DNA of 64,000 bases, taken from a virus (taxonomy: Duplodnaviria; Caudoviricetes). The position numbers and the translations under genes were made by a program. The stretch covers positions 1 through 64,000 of the IMG/VR virus record IMGVR_UViG_3300028797_000141, one strand, 5' to 3'. Shown in pieces: positions 1-9,209 of this stretch. How positions within the stretch are numbered: position 1 is the stretch's first letter; every line of letters starts with the position of its first letter. The notes under the pieces were generated by a model. That model was not told the origin of the DNA and ran no database searches. It worked only from the letters and a program-made list of their open reading frames with translations.

Positions 1-96
1 TGGTATAATCATATTAATAGCTACACTTTAATAAATACGTTTTTTTTTTGGTGCTACATCGAATTGAAATAGTAATTTTAATGTTTGTGTAATTAG

Positions 97-138
97 TTCC
101 CCTGTAGAAAGAATTGATGATTCTTCTCTATGGGGGAA
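97..138. repeat. Inverted pair of the dispersed CCCCCGTAG motif (hairpin 1)
   Basis: ttcccctgtagaaagaat-tgatg-attcttctctatgggggaa. Confidence 0.85.
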
Positions 139-541
139 CTTAAATAAACTTAATAAAGATGAAACTAAAACATAAAATCTAAAAATACTAGTACAAGAAA
201 TAATAACTGTTTTAATAGTTTCTAGATAAATATTAAAAATAAGTGTTATAGATTGTATCAATTCCTAGTAATATTAGTCGAAGACTATGGTTGAATTGAA
301 CATAGTAAAACTTAATATAAAGAGAACGGTGAGAGGGCACTTTGTATTATAAATAGTTAGTTTAAGTAATGGCTTTCAAACTATTCATATAAGAAATCTA
401 GATTGAGGAGAGAACGTTCTTTGATAGTTTTCGTAGTTAAACTCCTCGTTAAAATAAAAATAACAGTTGAAAATATACTACTAATATCAAACCTTTTGAT
501 TGTTTTCATATAATGCACTAAAATGATATTAGTAGTTTTTT

Positions 542-1150
542 GCCATCGTGTTGGAATTGGTAGACAAGACGGACTTAATAAAAATTTGAGTGCTATGGCG
601 AGAAATCCCATAGTAGAAGCAGGCTAATTCGGTGAAAGTCCTTAATGGTTTAGGAAGTAATGTATGGATAGGAATAAGATTACACCATACCCACTAAACA
701 ATAACGTGGTAGGATAATACCGAGCTAAATTGAATAAAAGGTAGTGAAGACTAGGCAACTACTGATTATATTATAGTATTAATAGAATATACATTATATA
801 TTATAATCGATTTTTATTCATAAATGTGTAGAGCACATATACCTGCAACCTAAGTTAAAATTGTTGTTTTAATTAGTTTTGACATACGATAATATTAAAA
901 TAACACTTATAAGAATTTCAATATGGTTATAATATGTGCCAGACTACAACAAACAACACAAAACCATCCAGTAAGGACAGGCTGGCGTGTTATGAACCTA
1001 ACATCTTATGGTCAACCACATAGACTATGTATAGTGTAAAGTGGAAAGCGGGTGCCTGTATGAGTGAAAATGTTTGGCTATGGCAACATAGTGTAGTAAG
1101 AAAATCCGTTGCTCATTGAGAGCGTGTGGGTTCAAATCCCACCGATGGTA
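542..1150 (+). tRNA. trnL: tRNA-Leu(UAA), split by a group I intron (exons 542-576 and 1101-1150)
   Basis: Joining gccatcgtgttggaattggtagacaagacggactt to aaaatccgttgctcattgagagcgtgtgggttcaaatcccaccgatggta gives a full cloverleaf. Acceptor gccatcg/cgatggt plus discriminator A, anticodon stem acgga/tccgt, loop CTTAAAA (anticodon TAA), long variable arm, GTTCAAATCC T-loop. No encoded CCA. Confidence 0.93.
577..1100 (+). mobile_element. Group I self-splicing intron (IC3/trnL-like), ORF-less, 524 nt
   Basis: Inserted after U34 and ends in G (1100). P1 is exon ACUU with GAGU (U.G at the splice site). P2 ctatgg/ccatag; P3 gcagg/cctgc; P4 ttcggtg/taccgag; P5 tcct/agga; P6a tgaataaaa/ttttattca; P7 GAGCACA/TGTGCC; P8 aacc/ggtt; P9.0 actac/gtagt; terminal ctatg-GCAA-catag hairpin. 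Confidence 0.92.
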
Positions 1151-1179
1151 CTAATTATTAACTTTAAATAAATATTGAT

Positions 1180-1401
1180 ATGAATTTACTAATAGGTGAT
1201 GTAATAAACATCAACGGAACATTAAGTTGTGTAATTGCACAACCTCAAGACTTACAATATGTAGTAATGAGTGAAGAGCGTCTTTTATACATAACTGTAG
1301 AAGATGAAAACATCAGTGTAACTAGCGAAGTAGGTCTTGAATATATCAAAGATAATTTAGCTGCATTAACAGCAGTTGTTGTAGGTCATATAGACTTATA
1401 A
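1180..1401 (+). CDS. Hypothetical protein, 73 aa
   Basis: ORF with an A/T-rich leader between the two tRNAs; protein-like composition. Confidence 0.65.
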   Translation: MNLLIGDVININGTLSCVIAQPQDLQYVVMSEERLLYITVEDENISVTSEVGLEYIKDNLAALTAVVVGHIDL

Positions 1402-1530
1402 TAAAAATTATTTTATTACGTTTAATTGGTTGGTAAAAAAAAACTTACACTTACTACCGTAGTAGCCCATAGAATTTTAGTAAGTGTTGTATCATTGAAG
1501 TTTCCTTGAAGGTTTTATAAATGATATAAT

Positions 1531-1601
1531 TGTTCTATAGTATAATGGTAGTACACCAGATTTTGGTTCTGATAGTCGTGGTTCGACTCCACGTAGAACA
1601 A
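1531..1601 (+). tRNA. trnQ: tRNA-Gln(UUG)
   Basis: Acceptor tgttcta/tagaaca, D-arm tagtataatggtagta, anticodon loop TTTTGGT (TTG), T-arm cgtgg-ttcgact-ccacg. Confidence 0.9.
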
Positions 1602-1709
1602 CTAATAGTATAAGAAGTGCCACTCTATAAAATTTTGTTTATAATAGATAAGTCCTACAAGCTCTTCTTATACTATTTTTTATAATAAACTAATAGTGAA
1701 ACAAAAAAT

Positions 1710-1931
1710 ATGGAAATAATATTTCAACATAAAAATTATAAATTAACTCAACATAAAAATAGTGTATGTTATGAGTTTAGTCCAAAGAAAAATAATATTA
1801 CGTATATTGTTAATCCAGAAGAACTTGTAAAAGCTTATGATGGTGGACAAATAGTTAATCTCACAGGTAAAGAATTGTGGGAAATAATGAAATTTAAAGC
1901 AATTATATGTAATAATCAATTACCGAATTAA
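1710..1931 (+). CDS. Hypothetical protein, 73 aa
   Basis: ORF with an A-rich leader, co-oriented with neighbours. Confidence 0.6.
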   Translation: MEIIFQHKNYKLTQHKNSVCYEFSPKKNNITYIVNPEELVKAYDGGQIVNLTGKELWEIMKFKAIICNNQLPN

Positions 1932-1967
1932 ATTAAACAAAATATTAATCATTAAACATTTAAAATT

Positions 1968-2405
1968 ATGGCTTATCTAAAACCCGAACAAAAACAAAAT
2001 TCTTTTGGTTTTCGCATAGTAGTGAAAACTAAACAAAAGAGAGAAAAAAGTGAAATTTCAAGTAAAAAATACATTGGAGTTATAGTAGAACAAGAAGATG
2101 GAAGTCTTCTTGCAGAAGTGGATAACTTTGTACAAAAATTACCACTTTCTAAAGAATCTTTTGACTGTAAAGATAAAGAATACCTTTTTAGTAAAGAAAA
2201 AGATGAAACAAATCATTATGTAATGTGGCATCGTGATGTTACAGAATGTAAATTTAGTTCATCTAATGTTTCAGGATATACGCCTATTCTTAAAAGCTAT
2301 ATTTATGAAGGTAAAATTCATAAAGGCTTAAATGGTAATATTGAATTTACTGCCATTAGAGCTATAGGCAAAAAAAGACAGAATGGAGAACGTATATGGA
2401 TATAA
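1968..2405 (+). CDS. Hypothetical protein, 145 aa
   Basis: ORF; its stop overlaps the helicase start. Confidence 0.75.
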   Translation: MAYLKPEQKQNSFGFRIVVKTKQKREKSEISSKKYIGVIVEQEDGSLLAEVDNFVQKLPLSKESFDCKDKEYLFSKEKDETNHYVMWHRDVTECKFSSSNVSGYTPILKSYIYEGKIHKGLNGNIEFTAIRAIGKKRQNGERIWI

Positions 2406-3883
2406 CAAATAAACGAGAATTAGAGCTACATAATCGAAATCATATCGATATAAGTGGCTTTACAAAAGACCAAATTAAAGCCTATGAAGAACTCATAGGC
2501 TTTATTAATGGTTCTTTTGATTCTAAAGATTACAAACGTGCTTTATTAGGTGCTGCAGGTACCGGAAAAACTTATCTTGTAAAAGCTCTTATAGCTAATT
2601 GCAATTTAAGTTATTCTACTATTGGTTTAGCTGCGCCAACACATAAAGCTTGTGCAGTTTTGGAATCAAGTATAGGACTAGCTAAAGTACACATAAATAC
2701 ACTTGCTAGTGATTTTGGTTTAAAACCAAATTTTGACGCAAGTAAGTTTGACATAAATAATCCTCCTTTTGACCAAAAAGGTAGGATTAAAGTTAAAGAA
2801 TATATGCTTTATATAATCGATGAAGCCTCTATGATTCCCAATAAATCTAAAATGGGAAATACTAAAGGCTTTAAAGATTTTATAGAGTCTATATGTGTAC
2901 AAAATCAATGTAAAATTATTTATATTGGTGACCCTCTTCAACTTCCACCAGTAGGAGAGTCTTATTCTTCTGCATTTCATAATATTAAGAAATGTGAATT
3001 ATTTGAGATAGTAAGACAAGAAAAAGATAATCCTATAACACAATTACTTCAAATGCTTCGTTATGATATTGAACATAAAACTTTTACCTGTTTGAATTAT
3101 ATAAGTAAAAATAGGTATAAATTTGATGACAATAATATAAAAGGCTATGAAGTTTGTAATTTAGAAACGTTTAAAGATAAAGTATATACTAATTTTAATG
3201 ACCCACAACTAATGACTGATGTGGATTATTGTAAGATTGTAGCGTATACTAATCTACACGTTAGTGGATGGAATAAATATGTTAGATATAGTACAATTAT
3301 TGATAGTGATAAGTCTATTGTCACTAAAAATGATTTATTCTTATCTAATATAACTATCACAGATATTTTTAATAACAGAGTTATTACTAATAGTGAAAAT
3401 TATATAGTAAATGATGTTGTTAATTATATTCATCCCAAGTATGGTTTAAAAGGTTTTCTAGTAAAATTTCAAGCTATACTTGGTGGTAAAATTTCTCAAC
3501 CATTGTTTGTATTAGACCATAGTGATGTGGAAAATGTCAGACAATATATAACAATTTCTGATAAACTTGTAGAACTTGCTAAAACTGCGAATGTTAAACT
3601 TCGTGGTGAACGTTGGAAAAGTTATTATGAGTTTAAAGAAAGTTGTCTATTACTTATAGATATAACAAAAAATAATAAACTGTTATATGCTCGAAATATA
3701 GATTATGGATTTGCATTAACTGCACATAAATCACAAGGTTCTACCTTTGATACTGTGTTTGTAGATGTAAAAGATATAGTCTATGATAGTAAAGGTGTAG
3801 TATGGGCTGATATTGATGGTATCAATAGAAGACTATATGTTGCTATTAGTAGAGCTAAAAATAAAGTTTATTTAAATTTTTAA
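2396..3883 (+). CDS. SF1 (Dda/RecD-like) DNA helicase
   Basis: Walker A GAAGTGKT, AAPTHKA, IIDEASM, YIGDPLQLPPV, EIVRQ, TAHKSQGSTF, LYVAISRAK. Confidence 0.95.
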   Translation: MDITNKRELELHNRNHIDISGFTKDQIKAYEELIGFINGSFDSKDYKRALLGAAGTGKTYLVKALIANCNLSYSTIGLAAPTHKACAVLESSIGLAKVHINTLASDFGLKPNFDASKFDINNPPFDQKGRIKVKEYMLYIIDEASMIPNKSKMGNTKGFKDFIESICVQNQCKIIYIGDPLQLPPVGESYSSAFHNIKKCELFEIVRQEKDNPITQLLQMLRYDIEHKTFTCLNYISKNRYKFDDNNIKGYEVCNLETFKDKVYTNFNDPQLMTDVDYCKIVAYTNLHVSGWNKYVRYSTIIDSDKSIVTKNDLFLSNITITDIFNNRVITNSENYIVNDVVNYIHPKYGLKGFLVKFQAILGGKISQPLFVLDHSDVENVRQYITISDKLVELAKTANVKLRGERWKSYYEFKESCLLLIDITKNNKLLYARNIDYGFALTAHKSQGSTFDTVFVDVKDIVYDSKGVVWADIDGINRRLYVAISRAKNKVYLNF

Positions 3884-3914
3884 TTGAAGTTAAAAACAAC
3901 AGTGATAACGAACG

Positions 3915-3955
3915 TTCCCCTGTAAGAAAGAATGCACATATTCTTTCTACGGGGA
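3915..3955. repeat. Inverted pair of the dispersed motif (hairpin 2), downstream of the SF1 helicase
   Basis: ttcccctgtaagaaagaat-gcacat-attctttctacgggga. Confidence 0.85.
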
Positions 3956-3974
3956 TTTATTAAAAGTTAAAACA

Positions 3975-4172
3975 ATGATTGTAAATGCTAATTTATCTAT
4001 TAACCAAGCAAGAATGTATGGAGTAAAATTAAAAGATGAAGATATATGTTGTAGAAAATGTGTTCATGTAGGTGCTAATGGATATTGTAAATTTGATAAA
4101 GAAATAACTTCTCCAGATAGTTATTGTAAAGGTTGGAGATATTATAAAAAAATTAAAATTAAAGTATACTGA
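3975..4172 (+). CDS. Small Cys-rich hypothetical protein (possible Zn-binding)
   Basis: CCRKCVH...GYCKF...YCKGW. Confidence 0.6.
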   Translation: MIVNANLSINQARMYGVKLKDEDICCRKCVHVGANGYCKFDKEITSPDSYCKGWRYYKKIKIKVY

Positions 4173-4271
4173 ACAAGAACTTTTCACTAAAGAAGATATA
4201 TTTGTTTGGTTAAGTAGTTTAATATCTAAAGATGGAGAATAAACAAATGGAAATAAAACTTTTACAGAGAA

Positions 4272-4451
4272 ATGAATACATCATCAAGTACAAAAAAATT
4301 ATATGATGAAATTGAACATGAATATTCAGAAACTTTTGATTATGAGCCTGAATTTGAATTTAGACTTATATATTTAAGGTCTGAAGAAGATGTTTATGAA
4401 TTAAGAGCTTATAATGCTCAAGTAACAGAATATAATATTGATACATTATGA
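4272..4451 (+). CDS. Small acidic hypothetical protein, 59 aa (below the ORF-track cutoff)
   Basis: MNTSSSTKKLYDEIEHEYSETF...; TGA overlaps the next ATG (ATGA). Confidence 0.55.
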   Translation: MNTSSSTKKLYDEIEHEYSETFDYEPEFEFRLIYLRSEEDVYELRAYNAQVTEYNIDTL

Positions 4452-5014
4452 ATAGGTATGATGAAAATCTAAATGATATGTCTAATAAAATTATTTGGAA
4501 ATGGGAACGTAGATTTATTGTGGCTTGTGTAGTTATTGTAAATTTACTTATAATTTGTATAATATATTGTTCAAGTTATAATAAAGTACGTAAACAATTA
4601 ATGAAAAAAGAACCTGTTATTCAAACAGAGTATGTTTATGAAGATATAAGTAGAAGTGATAGTCTTTGTCTAATGGCTACTGCTTTTGCTATTATTGAAA
4701 GTAAATGTCAAGATGTAACTTGTAATACTACTGAAACTGACTATGTAGGTTATTTACAAATGTCAAGAATATTAGTAAGAGAAGTTAATAACATCTTAGA
4801 AGAACAAGGTTCTGATGTAAGATTCACTTATGATGATAGACATGATTGGCAATGTAATTTAACTATGTTTTCTATTATTATGGAAAAACATAATCCTACT
4901 TTAGATATTGATAAAGCTATTGATATTTGGAATAGAAGATGTCATCATGTATATCGTAATCAAGTAAAAATTTATTATCAATTTTTAGTAGATAACACAA
5001 TTAATATGTATTAA
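4448..5014 (+). CDS. Membrane-anchored lysozyme-fold / lytic transglycosylase-like protein
   Basis: N-terminal TM segment (FIVACVVIVNLLIICIIYC), then AFAIIES (catalytic Glu), VGYLQM, VREVN, FTYDDR. Confidence 0.6.
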   Translation: MNRYDENLNDMSNKIIWKWERRFIVACVVIVNLLIICIIYCSSYNKVRKQLMKKEPVIQTEYVYEDISRSDSLCLMATAFAIIESKCQDVTCNTTETDYVGYLQMSRILVREVNNILEEQGSDVRFTYDDRHDWQCNLTMFSIIMEKHNPTLDIDKAIDIWNRRCHHVYRNQVKIYYQFLVDNTINMY

Positions 5015-5015
5015 T

Positions 5016-5207
5016 ATGATAGAAACAATAATTTTATTTATAGCTTGTATAATATTAATGTTTTCAATTACTTCTTTTATAGTAAAAACTATTGTAAATG
5101 CAATATGTTTTTCACAATGTAGAGGTAATTATGAACGTTATAAACCAATAGTAGAATGTATTATTTCAGGTCTTTGTATTGCTTATATAATTTATTTTTG
5201 TAACTAA
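5016..5207 (+). CDS. Small two-TM membrane protein
   Basis: Two hydrophobic segments. Confidence 0.6.
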   Translation: MIETIILFIACIILMFSITSFIVKTIVNAICFSQCRGNYERYKPIVECIISGLCIAYIIYFCN

Positions 5208-5225
5208 TTAAAAACAATTTATAAT

Positions 5226-5453
5226 ATGAGTAATTTTTATGTAAAACATTTACAAAATTTAGGTTATAAAGAAAAAGAAATGCCCAAATTTGTTCAGCAT
5301 GAAATTGCTGCTAACAGAAGACATAGTATGATAGTAGCTCAATACAATTCTGAAATTAGTGGTATAAACCAATTTAAAACAAGAAGTTGGTATAAAACTA
5401 AAGGAAGTGTAAGTCATAAAACAATGTTAAACAGAATAAAAATCATGGTATGA
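5226..5453 (+). CDS. Hypothetical protein, 75 aa
   Basis: ORF with ATGA overlap to polB. Confidence 0.65.
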   Translation: MSNFYVKHLQNLGYKEKEMPKFVQHEIAANRRHSMIVAQYNSEISGINQFKTRSWYKTKGSVSHKTMLNRIKIMV

Positions 5454-7762
5454 TTCATACTATAGCTTATGACGTAGAGGTGTTTCACAATCTTTTTAGT
5501 ATTATATTTGTCGATTTGGCAGATTATCTTAATACTTTTAAAGATTGTGAAACTAAGCCTCTTACTGAATGTCTTACTGTAGAAGAAATAAAAAATAGAT
5601 TAGACAAAGTAAAAACTGATACATTTTTTATTTCCGATACAGACGATTCGCAGTTGTTGTCTTTAGTTAGCTACATTAATAAAATGAACGCTCACTACGA
5701 GACGAAAACCGATGAAAATGGGGCAATTTACCAAGTCCCAATCCGATACGATTTATATGGTTTTAATAATGCAGGATATGATGATTTAATGATTAAAGCA
5801 CTACTTATGTATTTTAATCATTATGATAGTAAAGCATTATGTAAGAAACTAAAACAAATATCTAATAAGATAATAGATTTACAAAAAGATAAAGCATTAT
5901 TTTATGAAGATAAAGAATTACAGCTTATAAGAAGGTATAAACTTCCATATATGACTGTAGATGTACAACAAATTTATGGTTTACATTCTGTTGGTGTAAA
6001 TGTAGATAAAGATGGTACTAGAAATAAGTTTGGTAAAAGTTTGAAACAAACTTCTATTAATCTTAAATGGCATGAACTATTAGATTTTACTCTTCCTCCT
6101 ATTACTGAGGAAGAAAATGATATGTTTTATCGTAAAGATATTATGACATATCATAATTATAGTGCTGAAAAGTTAAATCAGTTTATAACTGAAGACTTTG
6201 ATAGATATGTAATGCCACAATATGTAGAACCAATGCTACATTATAACCGGAATGATGTGTTTCTTGTATGTGAAATTGTACGTCAAAAGCCAGATGAAGT
6301 AAAACTTCGCTATAGTATTACTAAAGCATTTAAAACAAATGTTATGTGTAGTGCTAGAGCAAATATAGCTGATAAACTAACTGTAAAGTTTTATTCTGAT
6401 ATGAGTGGTTTACATAAAGACCAATTCATTAAGATGAGAACTCAAAGAACTAGACTTAGTTTTGATAAAATAATATTTCCTCATATTAAGTTTAAAACTA
6501 AACAACTTCAAGATTTACTTGAAGATATGATGAAAGTGTATGTATATCATACTAATAAAGATGACTTTTGTAGAGAAATAACTTTTTATGGTACAACTTA
6601 TACTCTTGCGTGTGGAGGAATTCATACTCAAGATGTACCTGTTGTATTAAAGTCTAATGACAAATATATTTATAAGCATTTTGACTATAACAGTTATTAT
6701 CCTTCTATAATTGTTTCTTATAATATTGCTCCTAAACACTTAAACAATAAAGTTTTTGTAGATATGGTGCGATACTTTCGTGATACTCGCGTTAAATGTA
6801 AGCATACACCAAACTCTGAAGGTTATGTAATTGCTGGAATCCCAAACAAGATTGCAGCAGAAGCTCTTAAGATTGTTGTTAATTCCATTTACGGAAAATT
6901 TGGTTCGGAGCTGTTTTTTCTATATGATAAATTTGCTCAGCTTCAAGTTACGATAAATGGTCAGTTAATGACTATGACTCTTGTTGAAGAATTAGAACTT
7001 AATGGTATCCATGTTATAAGTGCAAACACTGATGGTATTATTATTAAACTTCCAAAAGATAAATTAGAAGTTTTTAACGATATAACAAAACGTTGGAATG
7101 AAACTAATAGGATGGGTGCCGATAGTGAAGATTATAAAGCTTATTTTGCTAGAGATGTAAATAATTATTTTGCTGTTTGGCCTGATGAAAAAGTAGATGG
7201 TAAAGGTGCTCTTGACCCTAAACAATATATTAAAGATTTGAAGAACGGTTATGATATGCCTATTGTAGCAAAAGCTGTATTTGAATATTTGTATCATAAT
7301 ATTCCTGTAATGGAAACTTTGCGAAATCATCAAAATATATTAGATTTTTGTAAAACTCAAAATATAGGTAAACAATTCAATGTAATGTATTATACTATTG
7401 AAAATGGTCAACAAGTAAAACATTATTCACAACGTCATGTAAGATTTTATGTTTCTACTAAAGGTATAATCCTTCAAAAAGAAAATAAAAATGATGAAGG
7501 AATTAAATCTAAACTTGCTAGTGGTCTTCCGGTTCAAGTTTTAAATTCTTTAGATGATGCACCAATTGAAACAAGAAATATAGATTATGGTTATTATTAT
7601 AAGGAATGTTATAAAATAATAGACCCTATAAAACTATCTATAAGCCCTAATCAAAAAGGTGATAAAATGCGTAAAACTGTTAGTGGAAAAGTATTACTTA
7701 AAACTTATTCACAACAATATTTAACTTTATTTGATAATATAGAAGATGAGCAATCTAATTGA
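5450..7762 (+). CDS. polB: DNA polymerase family B with 3'-5' exonuclease
   Basis: Exo YDVEVF and GFNNAGYD; polymerase motifs DYNSYYPSII, KIVVNSIYGKFG, SANTDGII. Confidence 0.96.
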   Translation: MIHTIAYDVEVFHNLFSIIFVDLADYLNTFKDCETKPLTECLTVEEIKNRLDKVKTDTFFISDTDDSQLLSLVSYINKMNAHYETKTDENGAIYQVPIRYDLYGFNNAGYDDLMIKALLMYFNHYDSKALCKKLKQISNKIIDLQKDKALFYEDKELQLIRRYKLPYMTVDVQQIYGLHSVGVNVDKDGTRNKFGKSLKQTSINLKWHELLDFTLPPITEEENDMFYRKDIMTYHNYSAEKLNQFITEDFDRYVMPQYVEPMLHYNRNDVFLVCEIVRQKPDEVKLRYSITKAFKTNVMCSARANIADKLTVKFYSDMSGLHKDQFIKMRTQRTRLSFDKIIFPHIKFKTKQLQDLLEDMMKVYVYHTNKDDFCREITFYGTTYTLACGGIHTQDVPVVLKSNDKYIYKHFDYNSYYPSIIVSYNIAPKHLNNKVFVDMVRYFRDTRVKCKHTPNSEGYVIAGIPNKIAAEALKIVVNSIYGKFGSELFFLYDKFAQLQVTINGQLMTMTLVEELELNGIHVISANTDGIIIKLPKDKLEVFNDITKRWNETNRMGADSEDYKAYFARDVNNYFAVWPDEKVDGKGALDPKQYIKDLKNGYDMPIVAKAVFEYLYHNIPVMETLRNHQNILDFCKTQNIGKQFNVMYYTIENGQQVKHYSQRHVRFYVSTKGIILQKENKNDEGIKSKLASGLPVQVLNSLDDAPIETRNIDYGYYYKECYKIIDPIKLSISPNQKGDKMRKTVSGKVLLKTYSQQYLTLFDNIEDEQSN

Positions 7763-9164
7763 AGAAACATTACACGAATGGAAAAACCATAGATGTGTAG
7801 GTACTGCTTTTGTTCAAATGCTATTTGAAGATAAAACTATTGTTCTTTCAGCATTAGAACAGATATATGAAAAACATCCTCAAGCTTATTGTCTAATAAT
7901 TGTTGATGTATTTAAACAAAGAAGTGATTTAATTCAATTCTTAACACATCAAGAAAATGTAGATAATAATAACGAATTCAAACAACTTATAGAAACTAGT
8001 AAATTAAGGATTTTAACAGCAGATTTTATAAATAAAAATATTGATAAATTTGGTACTCCTTTTGTTACTATTATGTATCATTGTGATACTATGTATGACA
8101 ATGTGTTACAATTTGTTTCTCGTTGTATATTCCGTTTAGCTATCATCAATAAACTACCTTCAAATGTCGAAGATATAAATAAACTATATCGTATATGTCC
8201 ACTTATGAGTTGTTTTCAACAGGCACAAATAGACGCTTTACGAACTACAACCCCCATAGAAGAAGAAAGAATTTGTGTAGAAATACCAGAAGACACTGAA
8301 GAGTTTAAAGCTTTAGAATATTATAATCAATTTATTCGTACTTCATTTAATATATTTGAAGATATGGCTAAATTGAATATGGCTAGATTAGGTGATAATA
8401 GAAATAATTTATCATCTAGTCAAGTATGTCAAAAAATAGCTAGAGAAAATGGATGGGATGAACATCTAGATATGTCTACTGAATTAAATAGACAAATAGA
8501 TGAATTATTTAATCCAATTTCATTGAAAGAAAGAGCAGATATGACTTATACTGTAATTCGCAAAAGACAAGAATTACTTTCAAAGTATAGTGCAAAATTA
8601 AACGAAGTATTAACCTTAATAAATAAACATAAAGATGAGAAAATTTTAGTAATAAATAAAACAAACAGTTTTGCAACGGAAGTTGCTAACTTTGTAAATC
8701 AATTTTCAGAGAAAGATATTTGTAGAGCTTACCATGATAAACTTGAGCCTATTCCTGCAATTAATTCTAAAGGAGAACCTGTATTCATTCAAACAGGAGA
8801 ACGTAAAGGAGACCGTAAAATTATGGCAGCTAAAGCTCAAAGAACTCTAGCAGAAATACTTTTTAATGAAAAGAAAATTAATGTAATATCTGCAAATGCT
8901 TCACCTGATAAAAACCTTGCAATAGGTGTCGATGTTGTTATACTTACTAGTCCTCTTTGTTTAGATGTAGAATCTTATATCTATAGATTGAGTAAAACAC
9001 GTTTTAATTCAAATAAACTAATGCTATATACTTTGTACGTGAAAAACTCATTAGAAGAAACAAAATTGGCTGAAAAATTGCCGACAAAGACACACACAAT
9101 TGTTAAAAATTGTGAAAATGAAGTCAAAATTGAAAATAATTTTGATTTTGCTATTGTAGAATAA
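7746..9164 (+). CDS. SF2-helicase-derived protein, apparently degenerate
   Basis: Position after polB as in crAss-like phages; KILVINK, YHDK and VDVVIL helicase-C-like segments; no intact Walker A or DExH. Confidence 0.55.
   Translation: MSNLIEETLHEWKNHRCVGTAFVQMLFEDKTIVLSALEQIYEKHPQAYCLIIVDVFKQRSDLIQFLTHQENVDNNNEFKQLIETSKLRILTADFINKNIDKFGTPFVTIMYHCDTMYDNVLQFVSRCIFRLAIINKLPSNVEDINKLYRICPLMSCFQQAQIDALRTTTPIEEERICVEIPEDTEEFKALEYYNQFIRTSFNIFEDMAKLNMARLGDNRNNLSSSQVCQKIARENGWDEHLDMSTELNRQIDELFNPISLKERADMTYTVIRKRQELLSKYSAKLNEVLTLINKHKDEKILVINKTNSFATEVANFVNQFSEKDICRAYHDKLEPIPAINSKGEPVFIQTGERKGDRKIMAAKAQRTLAEILFNEKKINVISANASPDKNLAIGVDVVILTSPLCLDVESYIYRLSKTRFNSNKLMLYTLYVKNSLEETKLAEKLPTKTHTIVKNCENEVKIENNFDFAIVE
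8251..8265 (+). repeat. Dispersed motif, single copy in CDS (variant)
   Basis: cccccatagaagaag, encodes TPIEE. Confidence 0.6.
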
Positions 9165-9183
9165 AAAAAAAGTTGTATCTTTG
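9154..9183 (+). promoter_or_regulatory. Bacteroidota housekeeping-sigma promoter
   Basis: TTG (9154), 19-nt spacer, TATCTTTG (9176-9183). Confidence 0.7.
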
Positions 9184-9209
9184 TATAACCAAAAAACAAG
9201 TTCTTAGAA

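Noticed and set aside
240-450. A second intron or ncRNA upstream of tRNA-Leu (actatg/catagt and gaggag/ctcctc stems)
   Set aside because: I found no P3/P4/P7 set and no tRNA exon. Isolated stems are not enough to call it.
28-611. Minus-strand ORFs 28-261 and 381-611
   Set aside because: Composition is low-information. The 381-611 ORF is antisense to the tRNA/intron, and the 28-261 ORF spans the motif hairpin.
1050-1075. Hammerhead ribozyme (ctgtatgagtgaaa) in the intron P9 region
   Set aside because: The core deviates from CUGAnGA and there is no stem II between GA and GAAA.
577-1100. Homing endonuclease in the intron
   Set aside because: There is no ORF of useful length, and no LAGLIDADG, GIY-YIG or HNH motif is visible.
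1531-1601. Amber-suppressor tRNA or TAG recoding, as in some crAss-like phages
   Set aside because: The anticodon is TTG, not CTA. ORFs of up to 4814 aa are intact in code 11, and TAG ends genes at sensible points (10133, 27546, 62113).
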